From the NCBI GenBank assembly GCA_965214095.1, contig OZ243938.1, forward strand, positions 4,672,001 through 4,736,000: a DNA stretch of 64,000 nt. The letters are read 5' to 3'. This stretch comes from Candidatus Poribacteria bacterium. GTDB lineage: Bacteria; Poribacteria; WGA-4E; WGA-3G. This document shows, piece by piece, positions 8,759-18,942 of the stretch; the stretch's first letter is position 1; every line of letters starts with the position of its first letter. A model generated the notes under the pieces. It saw only the letters and a program-made list of their open reading frames with translations. It did not search any database and had not been told where the DNA came from. The translations under genes were made by a program, and so were the position numbers.

Positions 8759-11743
8759 TTAATCTATACCATTAGCAATTAACACAAGGTCTTGTATATT
8801 GACAACACCATCTCCGTTGACATCGGCACGATTCAATGTTCCTGTTTCACCAAAACTGGTAGCAACTTTTACCAAATCCAATATGTCCACTACACCATCG
8901 TCATTTACATCAAGATGGATTATACTATTTTTCTCAATTTTGTGCCATTCTTGTACCACGTTTCCTAATACATCAACCACTTGGAGTCCAACAGATGTCT
9001 GAGGTGTAGCATACGAATCGGGGACAATGAATTCAATCGTTTCGGTTTCACTGTCCAATCTTTTGCATCCTATCACCTTTGTTCCTTTTATAGGGTCCTC
9101 AAATGTTGAAGGTGTAAGTAGCTGTGCTTGATGTAACCCATCAGAGTCCGACACCTCAAAACGGAAACGGACTGTATTGCGTGAAGTGTAATGTGGTAAT
9201 AAACGGAGGATATGTGTTGTCTCATCATCATCGTTTTGAGTTGCGTTGAATGCCGGATGTACACTCAAAAAATCAGCAGAACATGTAGTGAGTTTCTCAA
9301 AATAACCACTACTCGCAGACATTAGATTCGGTTCCCGAAAATCGTGATATAAGCCAAGAGCGTGTCCAAGTTCGTGAGCAACAATGCGAAAACTGAAACA
9401 GTCATCTACGACAGGAAACATTGCAACTCCTCCGCCAGATGGATGGACACCACCCAACCCGCACACATTGATGCCAAAAATGTTCCCACTCATCTCCAAA
9501 AAAACAACAAGGATGTTTTTTGATATGTCAAATCTTGGACTGATTTCCTCAGTAATTTTTATAAATGCTTGGTCTCTATAGTATGCTTCTTCGTATCTTC
9601 CTACAATATGATGCACAACTAAGTTGTCATCCGCATCAGTTTCATAAGTAAATGTGTTTATACCAAAACCGTGATCTTTCATCTCTTGAGCATAGAATAA
9701 TTTGACATTCACCATTACTCTGTCTACTTGCGTATTTATTCTTTGTTGAAGTAGACGATCTTTTGGACGAAAGTAAATAATCCGTACATTCGTATTGTTT
9801 TTTCTTTCTTGTTGAAGTTGTGAAATCTCTTCCAGCAATTCTTGATTTTGTTCGCGCAATCTCGCGAAATTCCATAGGATGACTGTCCCATCTTGGCTTG
9901 CGCTCGCAAGTGTTGTGCCATCTGGAGAAAACGCAACGGAACGTACTATGTGTGTATGTCCCGTTAGTGTATCAACGGAATATCCTGTCTTAGTATCCCA
10001 TAATCGCACAGTTCCGTCCTCCGCACCGCTTGCAATAGTACTGCCATCTGGTGAAAACGCAACTGATCGTACACTGTATGTATGTCCTACTAACGCAGCT
10101 TTGGTCTCTGTAGTCTTCGCATCCCATAATCGTACAGTCCTGTCTCGACTTCCACTAGCAATTGTATTGCCATCTGGTGAAATGGCAACACTAAAGACTC
10201 TATCGGCGTGTCCTCTAAGCGTTGCTTTAAGTTGTTTTGTTTCTACATCCCACAAACGTACTGTGTTATCTCTACTACCAGTTGCGATTGTGTTTCCATC
10301 ATCAGAATATGCAACACTTAGAATTCTCCAAGTATGTCCTGGTAACGCAGCAATAAGTTTCCATGTTTTAGCATCCCATATACGTAGCATTTTATCTTCT
10401 CCGCCACTTGCAAACGTGTTTCCATCTGGTGAGAACGCAACACTATAAACCGCGAAATTATCTCCCATTAGTGTAGATTTGAGATCTTGACTTTCCGTAT
10501 CCCACAACAGAATTTCCTTGTCACGATAGCCACCACTACTGACAATTGTTTTTGCGTCCGGTGAAAACGCCATTGATACAACGCGAAATGGATGTGCGGT
10601 AAAGGAAGATAGAAACCGACCTGTTTCCACATTCCACAATTGTATTTTGCCATCTTCACTTCCATTCGCAAGAATAGCACCATCTTTTGAATAAGCGAGA
10701 GAGATTTTGCTGTTGGTATAGTCCATCAAAGTAACAGAGGGTTCCCATGTGTTGACATCCCACAATCGGACTGTACCGTCTTCACTTCCACTGGCAAAGA
10801 TTGTGCCATCAAGAGAAAATGATACGGAGGTCACACCTTTTGTATGTTCAATGAACGTAGCAACAAGATAACCCGATTCTGCATCCCACAAACGTACTGT
10901 ATTGTCACTACTGCCACTTAATATCCATCTACTATCAGGAGAATATGTGATTGCTGTTACTGCATCTGTATGTCCTTTTAGTGTGTTGATTAATTCTCCT
11001 GTATCAGCATGCCATATACGTACCGTACTATCACTACTGCCACTTGCAAACCACCTGCCATTCGGAGAAAATGCTACAGAACGTACCCATCCGGTATGAT
11101 CTGTAAGCGTAAAGAGAAGCTGTCCAGTATGAGCATCCCAGACTCGTACCGAACTGTCTTCACTACCACTGATAAGTCTTCCACCGTCAGGTGAATAGGC
11201 AATGGAAGTCACCCAGCGTGTGTGTCCAGAAAGAGTTTCTATGAGTTGGTTTGTACGAACATCCCATAGCCGAATTGTATTATCCCAACTTCCACTTGCA
11301 ATTGTACTCTCAACAGGTGAATATTCCACTGTACTCACTCTGTCGGTGTGTGCAGAGAGGATTGCAATCCGTTCACCTGTTGCAGCATTCCACAAACGGA
11401 CGGTGCCATCTTCATTTGCGGTTGCCAGAACGTTACCGTCTTGTGAAAACGTGGCATTTGATATAGAACCCGCATATCCTTTGAGTAAAGGTAGTTCATC
11501 ACCTGTGTTTATATTATAGCTCCAAATCCCGGCAGAAGTAGCGATGATAAGCCGTGTCATGTCTGGAGTAAAAGTGATTCCATTTATTCTACCTTTCCCT
11601 AAGCGCACTTTCGCATTTTCAGGAAGATACGAATATGGACCGTTCTGTGCAAAACTCAAATGTGAAATAGTTATTGAAATGAGACATAGGCTTGATACGA
11701 GAATAAGAGGTTTTCTCATGTGTTTCCTTGATGGGTAAACCAA
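8759..11743 (-). CDS. Secreted WD40-repeat protein with zinc metallopeptidase and dockerin-like domains
   Basis: Signal peptide; many GH...SPDG...GS-x-D-x-TVRLWD repeats; HELGHALGLYHD; DVNDDGVVDILDLV / DVNGDGVVNIQDLV; real start may be the ATG of MRKPL. Confidence 0.9.
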   Translation of the reverse strand: MVYPSRKHMRKPLILVSSLCLISITISHLSFAQNGPYSYLPENAKVRLGKGRINGITFTPDMTRLIIATSAGIWSYNINTGDELPLLKGYAGSISNATFSQDGNVLATANEDGTVRLWNAATGERIAILSAHTDRVSTVEYSPVESTIASGSWDNTIRLWDVRTNQLIETLSGHTRWVTSIAYSPDGGRLISGSEDSSVRVWDAHTGQLLFTLTDHTGWVRSVAFSPNGRWFASGSSDSTVRIWHADTGELINTLKGHTDAVTAITYSPDSRWILSGSSDNTVRLWDAESGYLVATFIEHTKGVTSVSFSLDGTIFASGSEDGTVRLWDVNTWEPSVTLMDYTNSKISLAYSKDGAILANGSEDGKIQLWNVETGRFLSSFTAHPFRVVSMAFSPDAKTIVSSGGYRDKEILLWDTESQDLKSTLMGDNFAVYSVAFSPDGNTFASGGEDKMLRIWDAKTWKLIAALPGHTWRILSVAYSDDGNTIATGSRDNTVRLWDVETKQLKATLRGHADRVFSVAISPDGNTIASGSRDRTVRLWDAKTTETKAALVGHTYSVRSVAFSPDGSTIASGAEDGTVRLWDTKTGYSVDTLTGHTHIVRSVAFSPDGTTLASASQDGTVILWNFARLREQNQELLEEISQLQQERKNNTNVRIIYFRPKDRLLQQRINTQVDRVMVNVKLFYAQEMKDHGFGINTFTYETDADDNLVVHHIVGRYEEAYYRDQAFIKITEEISPRFDISKNILVVFLEMSGNIFGINVCGLGGVHPSGGGVAMFPVVDDCFSFRIVAHELGHALGLYHDFREPNLMSASSGYFEKLTTCSADFLSVHPAFNATQNDDDETTHILRLLPHYTSRNTVRFRFEVSDSDGLHQAQLLTPSTFEDPIKGTKVIGCKRLDSETETIEFIVPDSYATPQTSVGLQVVDVLGNVVQEWHKIEKNSIIHLDVNDDGVVDILDLVKVATSFGETGTLNRADVNGDGVVNIQDLVLIANGID

Positions 11744-11793
11744 ACTACTTGTACCTGAGTGGATTAGGACAAGTTACAGAGATATTGGAATAA

Positions 11794-11931
11794 TATAGCT
11801 AAAACCATAATTATTTACACACTACGGTAGGTTCGGTTTCCTAACCGAACCGGTGTTTGTTCTGTCTCATAAATGCGGTTAGGAAACCGCATCTACCGCG
11901 GAGTGTGCACGTATTTTTATATTTCACTATA
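11794..11931. mobile_element. MITE-like element (TATAG ends) containing an inverted doublet of GGTAG REP hairpins
   Basis: Reverse complement of 46129-46266; hairpins GGTTCGGTTTCCTAACCGAACC and ATGCGGTTAGGAAACCGCAT. Confidence 0.8.
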
Positions 11932-11947
11932 GTAATGATAGAAAGAA

Positions 11948-11973
11948 AACAGACGGAGCAAACCCCGTCTGTT
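11948..11973 (-). terminator. Likely intrinsic terminator of the cadherin-domain gene
   Basis: AACAGACGG-loop-CCGTCTGTT hairpin followed by a T-rich tract on the - strand. Confidence 0.55.
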
Positions 11974-11999
11974 CAATTGAATAAATTATATGAATACAC

Positions 12000-14099
12000 T
12001 TACTTCAGGATTAGCATTTTCCGGGTTGCAGAAAATTCTCCTGCTGTGATTCTATAGAAATAGATTCCGCTCGCAACAGACTCACCCATATCATTTGTGC
12101 CATCCCAATACGCAGCTTGACTACGAGTTTGATATAAGCCAGCAGATTGATGACCGAGGTCAAATTGACGCACAATACTACCATGTGCATCATAAATGCT
12201 GATTTGCACCTCACTCGGTTCTGCTAAACGATAAGGTATCCATGTCTCAGGATTAAATGGGTTTGGATAATTTGGGAGTAATGCTGATGATTGCGGAATC
12301 AAGGTTGCTAAGAGTTGTTCAAGCACCTGAATCCCTTGCTCATACGTTCGCTTGGGTTGATGGACAGACCTATCAATCGGCAAAGATAGCATTTGCTTTG
12401 AAACCTTCAACGACTGTTTCATCTGCCCAGTATTAAGCTCCTGCTTAGCAAGTCGCAACCACTGTTGTACTTGTGATGCGTGTAGTCCTTTAGCTGATGG
12501 TGCAGCAAGATTGCCATTCCCAAAACCGTTCGCTACTATGACCAGATCTTGAAAATTCACCAACCCATCACCATTGAGATCGGCTTCCAGGGCACTCGAA
12601 TCTCCGAATTTAGATGCGACCAATACTAAATCTAATATGTTGATAACATTGTCGTCGTTCAAGTCACCAATCAGCGGCAGCCGATAGCCGGGAGTGCCAA
12701 GACTCAATTCTTCTGACACACCATCATCATATCCGAGACCATCTTTGTAGCCACTTTCATCCCATGCTTCTGCTTGATATCCGATAATAGCAGGTTTTGC
12801 CCGATACCATGCGACATCAGTTGTAAGTAGAGGTGCAGTTTCAGGTTTCACAGGACGATTCGGAAAGTAATTACCAACGGTATCTTCATACCCGCCATCA
12901 GCACCTTGCAGGAACAACGCAAAATCAGTTGGTGGTAAACTGAAGCTTTCATCAATGACATAACGAACAGAACCGTCTCCAGGATCTGCTAATAGACTCT
13001 CAGATGAATTCGGATCTGTATTTACAATTAACATCACCTCACCAGCAGGAATCGTTTCCCCTGTGGGAAATGTAATTGTAGTCATTCCTGAACCCACGTG
13101 AATTGTCATCTGCCAACCCGACAAATCCACTTCTTCATCACTTATATTTCGTAACTCCAACCAATCATGTGCATCGTTTGCCCCGTTATACAGTTCGTTA
13201 AAAATAACTTTATCCATAGAAAGCAGCTGCACCAGTTGATCAATTTCAACACTACTGACAGATGGTGCCGTATCAACTTCTCCGAAACCTACCCCATACA
13301 CAATAAGAACACAGTCATTATTTGAGAGCGTATAACCGGAAGGACAACTTGTATCAGTTGAATTGGTAACATTAATAGTAACGCTGATTGAATCCTCACT
13401 ATTTGTCTGTTCTCCAGCAAACACATTAACTGTTACCGAATAGGAATTCTTAACTTCGTAATCAAGCGAGGCTTTGGTCTTCAACTGACCTGTACTTCCA
13501 TCAATTTTAAATGAACTCGCATCTGTGCCACTAAGTGTGTACTTATCAAGATTGCTATTAAAATTACTTGCGGCAACAGGATTACCGATGTTTGTGTTAG
13601 CAGCAGTATTTTCTGCTATAGAGCGGGTTGTACTATCTCCATCTGAAAACTGCAAGGATACATCAGTGACATTGATGGTGACAGAAATTGTATCTGTATC
13701 GGTGTAATTAGTAACTATCGGACCAGTAATTGAATCTGAAAGAGGACTAAGACGACCTTTTTGTGCCGCAACCGTTAATGAATAAGATGACTTAGTTTCA
13801 TAATCAAGTACAGTATTCGTTTTCAATTGTCCTGTACTACTATTAATAGTAAAGGAACCTGCATCGGTTCCCCTAATGACATATCGTCCTAATGAGGCAC
13901 TAAAATTATGTGCTGATACAGCACTACCAACATTCGTATTTGTTGAAACATTTTCTGCAACGGATCGGGTAGTACTATCATCATGATAATGACCAGATTC
14001 ACCGCTATGTGCAAAACAAGTACCCACAATGCTCCAACACAGAAAAATGCCTACAAATACTTTTGCATTGATTCTTCTTTTTACAATCGTATGCTTCAT
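12000..14099 (-). CDS. Secreted cadherin-repeat / lamin-tail-domain / dockerin-like protein with FlgD-Ig (T9SS type A-like) C-terminal domain
   Basis: Two 'GTDA-x-SF-x-I...GQLKT...LDYE-x-K-x-SYS' cadherin repeats; IFNEL...DWLELRN (LTD); DLNDDNVINILDLV; NYPNPFNPETWIPY...ASGIYFY...TRKMLILK. Confidence 0.9.
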   Translation of the reverse strand: MKHTIVKRRINAKVFVGIFLCWSIVGTCFAHSGESGHYHDDSTTRSVAENVSTNTNVGSAVSAHNFSASLGRYVIRGTDAGSFTINSSTGQLKTNTVLDYETKSSYSLTVAAQKGRLSPLSDSITGPIVTNYTDTDTISVTINVTDVSLQFSDGDSTTRSIAENTAANTNIGNPVAASNFNSNLDKYTLSGTDASSFKIDGSTGQLKTKASLDYEVKNSYSVTVNVFAGEQTNSEDSISVTINVTNSTDTSCPSGYTLSNNDCVLIVYGVGFGEVDTAPSVSSVEIDQLVQLLSMDKVIFNELYNGANDAHDWLELRNISDEEVDLSGWQMTIHVGSGMTTITFPTGETIPAGEVMLIVNTDPNSSESLLADPGDGSVRYVIDESFSLPPTDFALFLQGADGGYEDTVGNYFPNRPVKPETAPLLTTDVAWYRAKPAIIGYQAEAWDESGYKDGLGYDDGVSEELSLGTPGYRLPLIGDLNDDNVINILDLVLVASKFGDSSALEADLNGDGLVNFQDLVIVANGFGNGNLAAPSAKGLHASQVQQWLRLAKQELNTGQMKQSLKVSKQMLSLPIDRSVHQPKRTYEQGIQVLEQLLATLIPQSSALLPNYPNPFNPETWIPYRLAEPSEVQISIYDAHGSIVRQFDLGHQSAGLYQTRSQAAYWDGTNDMGESVASGIYFYRITAGEFSATRKMLILK

Positions 14100-14341
14100 A
14101 AAAGATTCTCCCCGATAAAATAATAGCCCAAGGCTTTATTTATATCTAATTGTTACAAAACGATTAGTTTTATTAATATTGAATGAGGATACAATATCTT
14201 ATAAGATATCAATAATTCATTCAAATTTGGTGTTTAATCAGCAAATTAAATCATGTTTTTACCTGATTGTCAAATAAAGTTGGGTTTGAATCGGAAGAAA
14301 CGCACATTATTATCAAAAACATTCAAATTCTTGAACTGATA

Positions 14342-15493
14342 TTATATCAGTAAGCTAACCACATCACCACTTGCAGCGGAACGGTAGCCAGCACAAATTA
14401 TCTCTACGGAGTGCGCAGCGAATTCAGCGTTCATTTCACTTTCAACACCATTTTCAATACAGTCAACAAACGCACTGAACTCTCGTTGCCCGTCATTTTC
14501 ACTGACGACATCAATCCATTGTTGTTTTGGTCGCATTCCAATTTCTGATTGTGTGCTGCTCCACATTCCCATCGGATCACGTGGGTGTGGAGTTGGTGGT
14601 TCAAATGCAGGTTCTGCAGCAAACACCTCTAATCTATTTGATGAAGCATCAAATGTCAATGTAGATTTACTTCCAACGAGATGTACCTTCCGAACCCCAC
14701 CTTGTGGATGGCTCTGCCACCCATATCGTCCTGCAGCAATCGTACCAGTAATCCCACCTTCTAATGATAATACCATAGCACCGAAATCTTCAACATCGCA
14801 GCCATCATGTTCTTTAAAAAAATAGTTTCCAGTACCACAAAATACTTGTTCCACTCGTTTACCTGTCAACCAGTTCACCATTGATACAGCATAAACACCG
14901 ATATCAAACATCTCTGGTTTTGCTTCCACGAAGCTATACCTTTCTAAAGTCGGGTATTGTGTTCGTTTTTGGCCCACAGGTGCACTTCCTGGATGTCCTT
15001 TTGCAAACATTACATCACAATGAATTGCTTGAAGTTCTCCAATGTGTCCACTATCCAGTGCTTGTTTCACCGTCCGTGCCCACGAACTATGTATGTTGCT
15101 AAACATCTGTGTCCTTACACCGTTTTTTGTAACAGCATCAACGATCTGTTGGGCATCTTTTGCATTTAGTGCCATCGGTTTATCAAGATAGATATGCTTT
15201 CCTGCTTCTGCACATTTTGTCCCAACACGTCCGCGTCGTTCTACTTCAGTGCATAAACTAACAATATGCACATCTTGACGCGCTAAAGCTTCATCAAGAT
15301 TGGAGATGAATGGTAACTTTCTTTCTTTTGCAAGGGATTGTGCCAATTCAATCCGTTCCACTGGTGCGTCCTGTTCATCTGCAAATGCTATGAGTTGACA
15401 TCGGGGATCATTGGCAAATAATACCGAATAGTTTTCCTGATGTGTACGATGTCCACCGAGTAATAGGACTCCAAATTTTCCGTTTGTTGCCAT
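14342..15493 (-). CDS. Gfo/Idh/MocA family oxidoreductase
   Basis: AGKHIYLDKPMA motif, VEDFG, typical C-terminus 'AGYRSAASG'. Confidence 0.85.
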   Translation of the reverse strand: MATNGKFGVLLLGGHRTHQENYSVLFANDPRCQLIAFADEQDAPVERIELAQSLAKERKLPFISNLDEALARQDVHIVSLCTEVERRGRVGTKCAEAGKHIYLDKPMALNAKDAQQIVDAVTKNGVRTQMFSNIHSSWARTVKQALDSGHIGELQAIHCDVMFAKGHPGSAPVGQKRTQYPTLERYSFVEAKPEMFDIGVYAVSMVNWLTGKRVEQVFCGTGNYFFKEHDGCDVEDFGAMVLSLEGGITGTIAAGRYGWQSHPQGGVRKVHLVGSKSTLTFDASSNRLEVFAAEPAFEPPTPHPRDPMGMWSSTQSEIGMRPKQQWIDVVSENDGQREFSAFVDCIENGVESEMNAEFAAHSVEIICAGYRSAASGDVVSLLI

Positions 15494-15495
15494 GC

Positions 15496-15939
15496 TTATC
15501 CCTCCACCCTAATAGGTTGATCACTTGCAAGTGCCTGTGTGATAGACTCTGTAAGTGTTTCTATCCTTCCAAGTTGTGGTGGTGTCCCACTGAGATAATG
15601 TTTCCCAATCGGTGTTTCATGATAAATCACACCCTTGTTTCCAACTAACATTACGTCAATTGCCGTTTCAGTTTCAACGCGATTAACACTCAATATTGAC
15701 ATCTGTCCATCAACATATTTAACCATTACTGTCACTTGTGTTGCGTTTGCATCTCCCTGTGCATAAACAGTCTGTGGATTTGATTGTATCCATCCATTTG
15801 ACAGTGCTGCAATCTCTGCTGCGGGTTGAAGTAGCGTGGTATTCTCACTTGCAACATTGAGGACACATCTTAAAAACACAGGACTCCCAATCCGATCCGT
15901 ATCAATAACTGAATCAACCGACTTTTTTAGTAATTCCAT
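15496..15939 (-). CDS. Hypothetical protein resembling an isolated Gfo/Idh/MocA C-terminal half
   Basis: 'IGSPVFLR', 'VYAQG...V-x-Y-x-DG', 'VG-x-KG-x-I' patterns; 2 bp upstream of the Gfo/Idh/MocA gene; GGAGA RBS. Confidence 0.6.
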   Translation of the reverse strand: MELLKKSVDSVIDTDRIGSPVFLRCVLNVASENTTLLQPAAEIAALSNGWIQSNPQTVYAQGDANATQVTVMVKYVDGQMSILSVNRVETETAIDVMLVGNKGVIYHETPIGKHYLSGTPPQLGRIETLTESITQALASDQPIRVEG

Positions 15940-16072
15940 ATTTTCTCCTTCCGTTTCTGCACTATAATATAATTGACTGTTCTAACTTTTTATGCTATAT
16001 TTTACACAATGTTTGGTAGTAATCCACACCAAACTTACTTCACTCATCATACACAATTTTCGGAGGACAATT

Positions 16073-16438
16073 ATGCCATTAAAGACTTTAAAAGAACTTG
16101 TTACAGAAGCAAAAGCCAACGTTGGACACATTTCACCTGATGAACTTACGGAGACAGACAAGTCTGTCATCCTTATTGATGTTCGGGATGAACCTGACTA
16201 TGAAGAAGAACATCTACCAAATGCTGTCTCACTCCCCCGCGGTTATCTTGAACTTGACATTGATGAGATAACAACTGATGAAAATACGCATATTGTAACC
16301 TATTGTGGTGGTGGAACTCGTGCTACCCTATCTGCAAACACCTTAAGAAACATGGGTTATGAGAATGTCTCAGTACTAACTGGAGGTTTTCGGGGTTGGA
16401 AAGCATCAGGACTACCCACTGAAAAATCTGATATCTAA
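16073..16438 (+). CDS. Single-domain rhodanese (sulfurtransferase)
   Basis: LIDVR...HLPNA, active-site YCGGGTRA, LTGGFRGW; GGAGG RBS. Confidence 0.9.
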   Translation: MPLKTLKELVTEAKANVGHISPDELTETDKSVILIDVRDEPDYEEEHLPNAVSLPRGYLELDIDEITTDENTHIVTYCGGGTRATLSANTLRNMGYENVSVLTGGFRGWKASGLPTEKSDI

Positions 16439-16543
16439 CAATCTATATGTGTAGATTAGCATAAATCGATTGCCCTGTCAATTTTAGGATCTTGGTATTC
16501 TAGAAGTTTCGAATCTATGATATGAACGTCCACAAACTTTTAC

Positions 16544-17632
16544 ATGGATACTTTGGAGGCTTATATGCCATATATATCAAAATCTTATCTCTATTTACGT
16601 TATACCGTCAATTCTTTACTAATTATATGTATGATTGTTTCGCCATTACTGATAAGTAGTTGTAGTGATCAAAAACAACAGTTGAATGTCTTTACATGGT
16701 CTGGCTACGTCAATGATGAGATACGAACTGGATTTGAGAAAGAATTTGGTGTTAAAGTTGTTGTTGGCACCTATGCTACAAACGAAGATCTTCTTGCAAA
16801 ATTATCGGTTGGTGCTTCAGGATACGATATCATTATGCCATCAGATTATATGGTTTCTATCATGATTAAATCAAATTTGCTTGCTGAGTTGGATCGAAAT
16901 AATATACCTAATTTTGATTCTATCAGTCCCGATTACCTTGACAAGTACTTTGATCCTGAAAACCGTTATTCAGTTCCTTACACATTTGGTACAGCAGGCA
17001 TCGCTTATGATTCAGATGTAGTTTCTCCCGCACCTGATAGTTGGACAGTACTATGGAATGAAGAATATAAGAATCAATTCAGTATGCTTGATGACCCACG
17101 TGAAACACCTGGATTGGCATTAAAAATGCTTGGATATAGTCTCAATACAACCGATCCAGAAGAACTGAATCAAGCTAAAGAAAAACTACTTGAGCAAAAA
17201 CCACTCGTAAAACAATACAAGAATGAGGCTGAAGAACTCCTTATTGCAGGAGATGTTGTAATGGCACACTGTTGGAGCGGTGATGCTTTTCGTGCTGCTG
17301 CAGAACGTCCATCTATACGTTATGTAATTCCTAAAGAGGGATCAAGTCAATTCATTGATAATGTCTGTATTCCAAAATACGCACCTCATAAAGACCTTGC
17401 TGAAAAGTTCATCAACTACCTTCTTCGTCCAGAGATTAATGCAAAAATATCAGCATTTACCAAGTATGGCACTTGCGTTCCAGCAGCAAAGGATCACTTA
17501 CCAGAAGAAATACTTATACATGAATATATCTACCCCTCAGAAGATGTATTACAATCCCTTGAATGGATAAGAGATCAAGGCGATTTTACCCAACAATACA
17601 GTCGTGCTTGGGAAGAAATCAAAGCAAAATAA
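16544..17632 (+). CDS. potD: Spermidine/putrescine ABC transporter substrate-binding lipoprotein (PotD/PotF family)
   Basis: LNVFTWSGY, YDIIMPSDY, YSVPYTFGTAGI, WSGDA, PKEG; lipobox ISSC. Confidence 0.85.
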   Translation: MDTLEAYMPYISKSYLYLRYTVNSLLIICMIVSPLLISSCSDQKQQLNVFTWSGYVNDEIRTGFEKEFGVKVVVGTYATNEDLLAKLSVGASGYDIIMPSDYMVSIMIKSNLLAELDRNNIPNFDSISPDYLDKYFDPENRYSVPYTFGTAGIAYDSDVVSPAPDSWTVLWNEEYKNQFSMLDDPRETPGLALKMLGYSLNTTDPEELNQAKEKLLEQKPLVKQYKNEAEELLIAGDVVMAHCWSGDAFRAAAERPSIRYVIPKEGSSQFIDNVCIPKYAPHKDLAEKFINYLLRPEINAKISAFTKYGTCVPAAKDHLPEEILIHEYIYPSEDVLQSLEWIRDQGDFTQQYSRAWEEIKAK

Positions 17633-17771
17633 AGATCCTTTCACCTCTGATCTCGTATATTCTGATGTTTGCTGACAACAATAGTTGAAGAATTGACATC
17701 CAAAAGACAACTTTAACTGTGATTGATAAGAATTCAAGCTTTTCTTAAGTTGATATATGTCTATCCGATAT

Positions 17772-17874
17772 TATAGTGAATTATAAATATAAGTTGGCAC
17801 TTTCGTCCTACGGTAGGTGAGGTTTCCTAACCTCACCGATGCAGAGTGTTCAAGTAATTTCAAAATCTACTATA
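17772..17874. mobile_element. ~103-bp MITE-like element with a single GGTAG REP hairpin
   Basis: Near-identical copy at 49630-49732; ends TATAGT...ACTATA. Confidence 0.8.
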
Positions 17875-17897
17875 ATTTTGTCAATTGGAGTTATCTA

Positions 17898-18770
17898 ATG
17901 AAAGTTTGGCATACGTTAAGATATCAGTTTCGAAGTCCAGTGATTCTCCTTATTCATTTTGCTTCATGGGTCTTGTTCTTTTTTCTGTTTGATGGTCCTA
18001 GACACAGTAATATATACGAAATACTGCAAACTCTTATAGATACATTGCATGTAATTCTAATTCTCAGTTTCATCAGCAGTTACCGATTGGCAAGAGGTAA
18101 ACTGAACGGTATTGCAAACACACAACAAGAGTGGATGAATTGGTATCGCAATCAAGAAGAAGATATTCCCAATTACAATAATATACTCACCCAATCTTTA
18201 TCTGAAAAATTCAGGTTAAGTTCGGTATTGATTTCAGTAAAGAACATTATTTTAGAAATATTCCGTAAGCCAATGATATATATCTTTCATTTTATTTGTT
18301 GGCATTTTATCTTTTTTTTGGGAACATTGTTAGATGACCCCATGCAGTTTACAATAAGAGAAAGGCAGTCGATAGGAATATTCCAGATAATTGAAAAGAT
18401 CGTATCTGATATGTCGCATGAATACATTTATGGATTTGCTGTTATTGCAATTTTTGCAATCATTACCTGTATACAAGACGCAAAAGGTAGACTCAAAGGA
18501 ATTGTCCATGAACATCGACAATGGTTAAATTGGTATGAAAATCAAAATGAATCTCTTCCAAAACAAAATAACTTAAATGATACTCCCTCTCTTATATCAA
18601 ATGAAACTGGACTATTATTTGTAAAACGCGAACCGATTTATACCATAATTTATGTTATCAGTGTAATGGTTATTTTCTTTATAATCGCATTACAACTCAT
18701 TCCAATCACAGAGTGGAGTGAAATTAAATTTTTGAGTTGGGTTGCATTGCTTGTACTGCTTTTACGTTAA
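17898..18770 (+). CDS. Membrane protein with an internal tandem duplication
   Basis: FRSP...IHFASW...ARGKLNGI...EWMNWYRNQ repeated as FRKP...FHFICW...AKGRLKGI...QWLNWYENQ; GGAG RBS. Confidence 0.7.
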   Translation: MKVWHTLRYQFRSPVILLIHFASWVLFFFLFDGPRHSNIYEILQTLIDTLHVILILSFISSYRLARGKLNGIANTQQEWMNWYRNQEEDIPNYNNILTQSLSEKFRLSSVLISVKNIILEIFRKPMIYIFHFICWHFIFFLGTLLDDPMQFTIRERQSIGIFQIIEKIVSDMSHEYIYGFAVIAIFAIITCIQDAKGRLKGIVHEHRQWLNWYENQNESLPKQNNLNDTPSLISNETGLLFVKREPIYTIIYVISVMVIFFIIALQLIPITEWSEIKFLSWVALLVLLLR

Positions 18771-18834
18771 ATCACATGATAATCAATCAGACATTAGGAT
18801 TAAACTGATTTTACATATATCTCTCAAAAAATGA

Positions 18835-18863
18835 TTGACACCTATTGAAATAAAATATATGAT
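18835..18863 (+). promoter_or_regulatory. sigma-70 promoter of sulfatase-uxuA
   Basis: TTGACA-17 nt-TATGAT. Confidence 0.65.
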
Positions 18864-18942
18864 ATGAATTATTACCTTTAGCGTAAGCGACAATAACAAT
18901 ACTCTCGTTGTATTTCATTATCATAATTGATTGGAGGAACAA

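Noticed and set aside
9879-11519. Plus-strand ORFs with periodic sequence
   Set aside because: Antisense shadows of WD40 repeats; the same applies to most short ORFs overlapping long genes.
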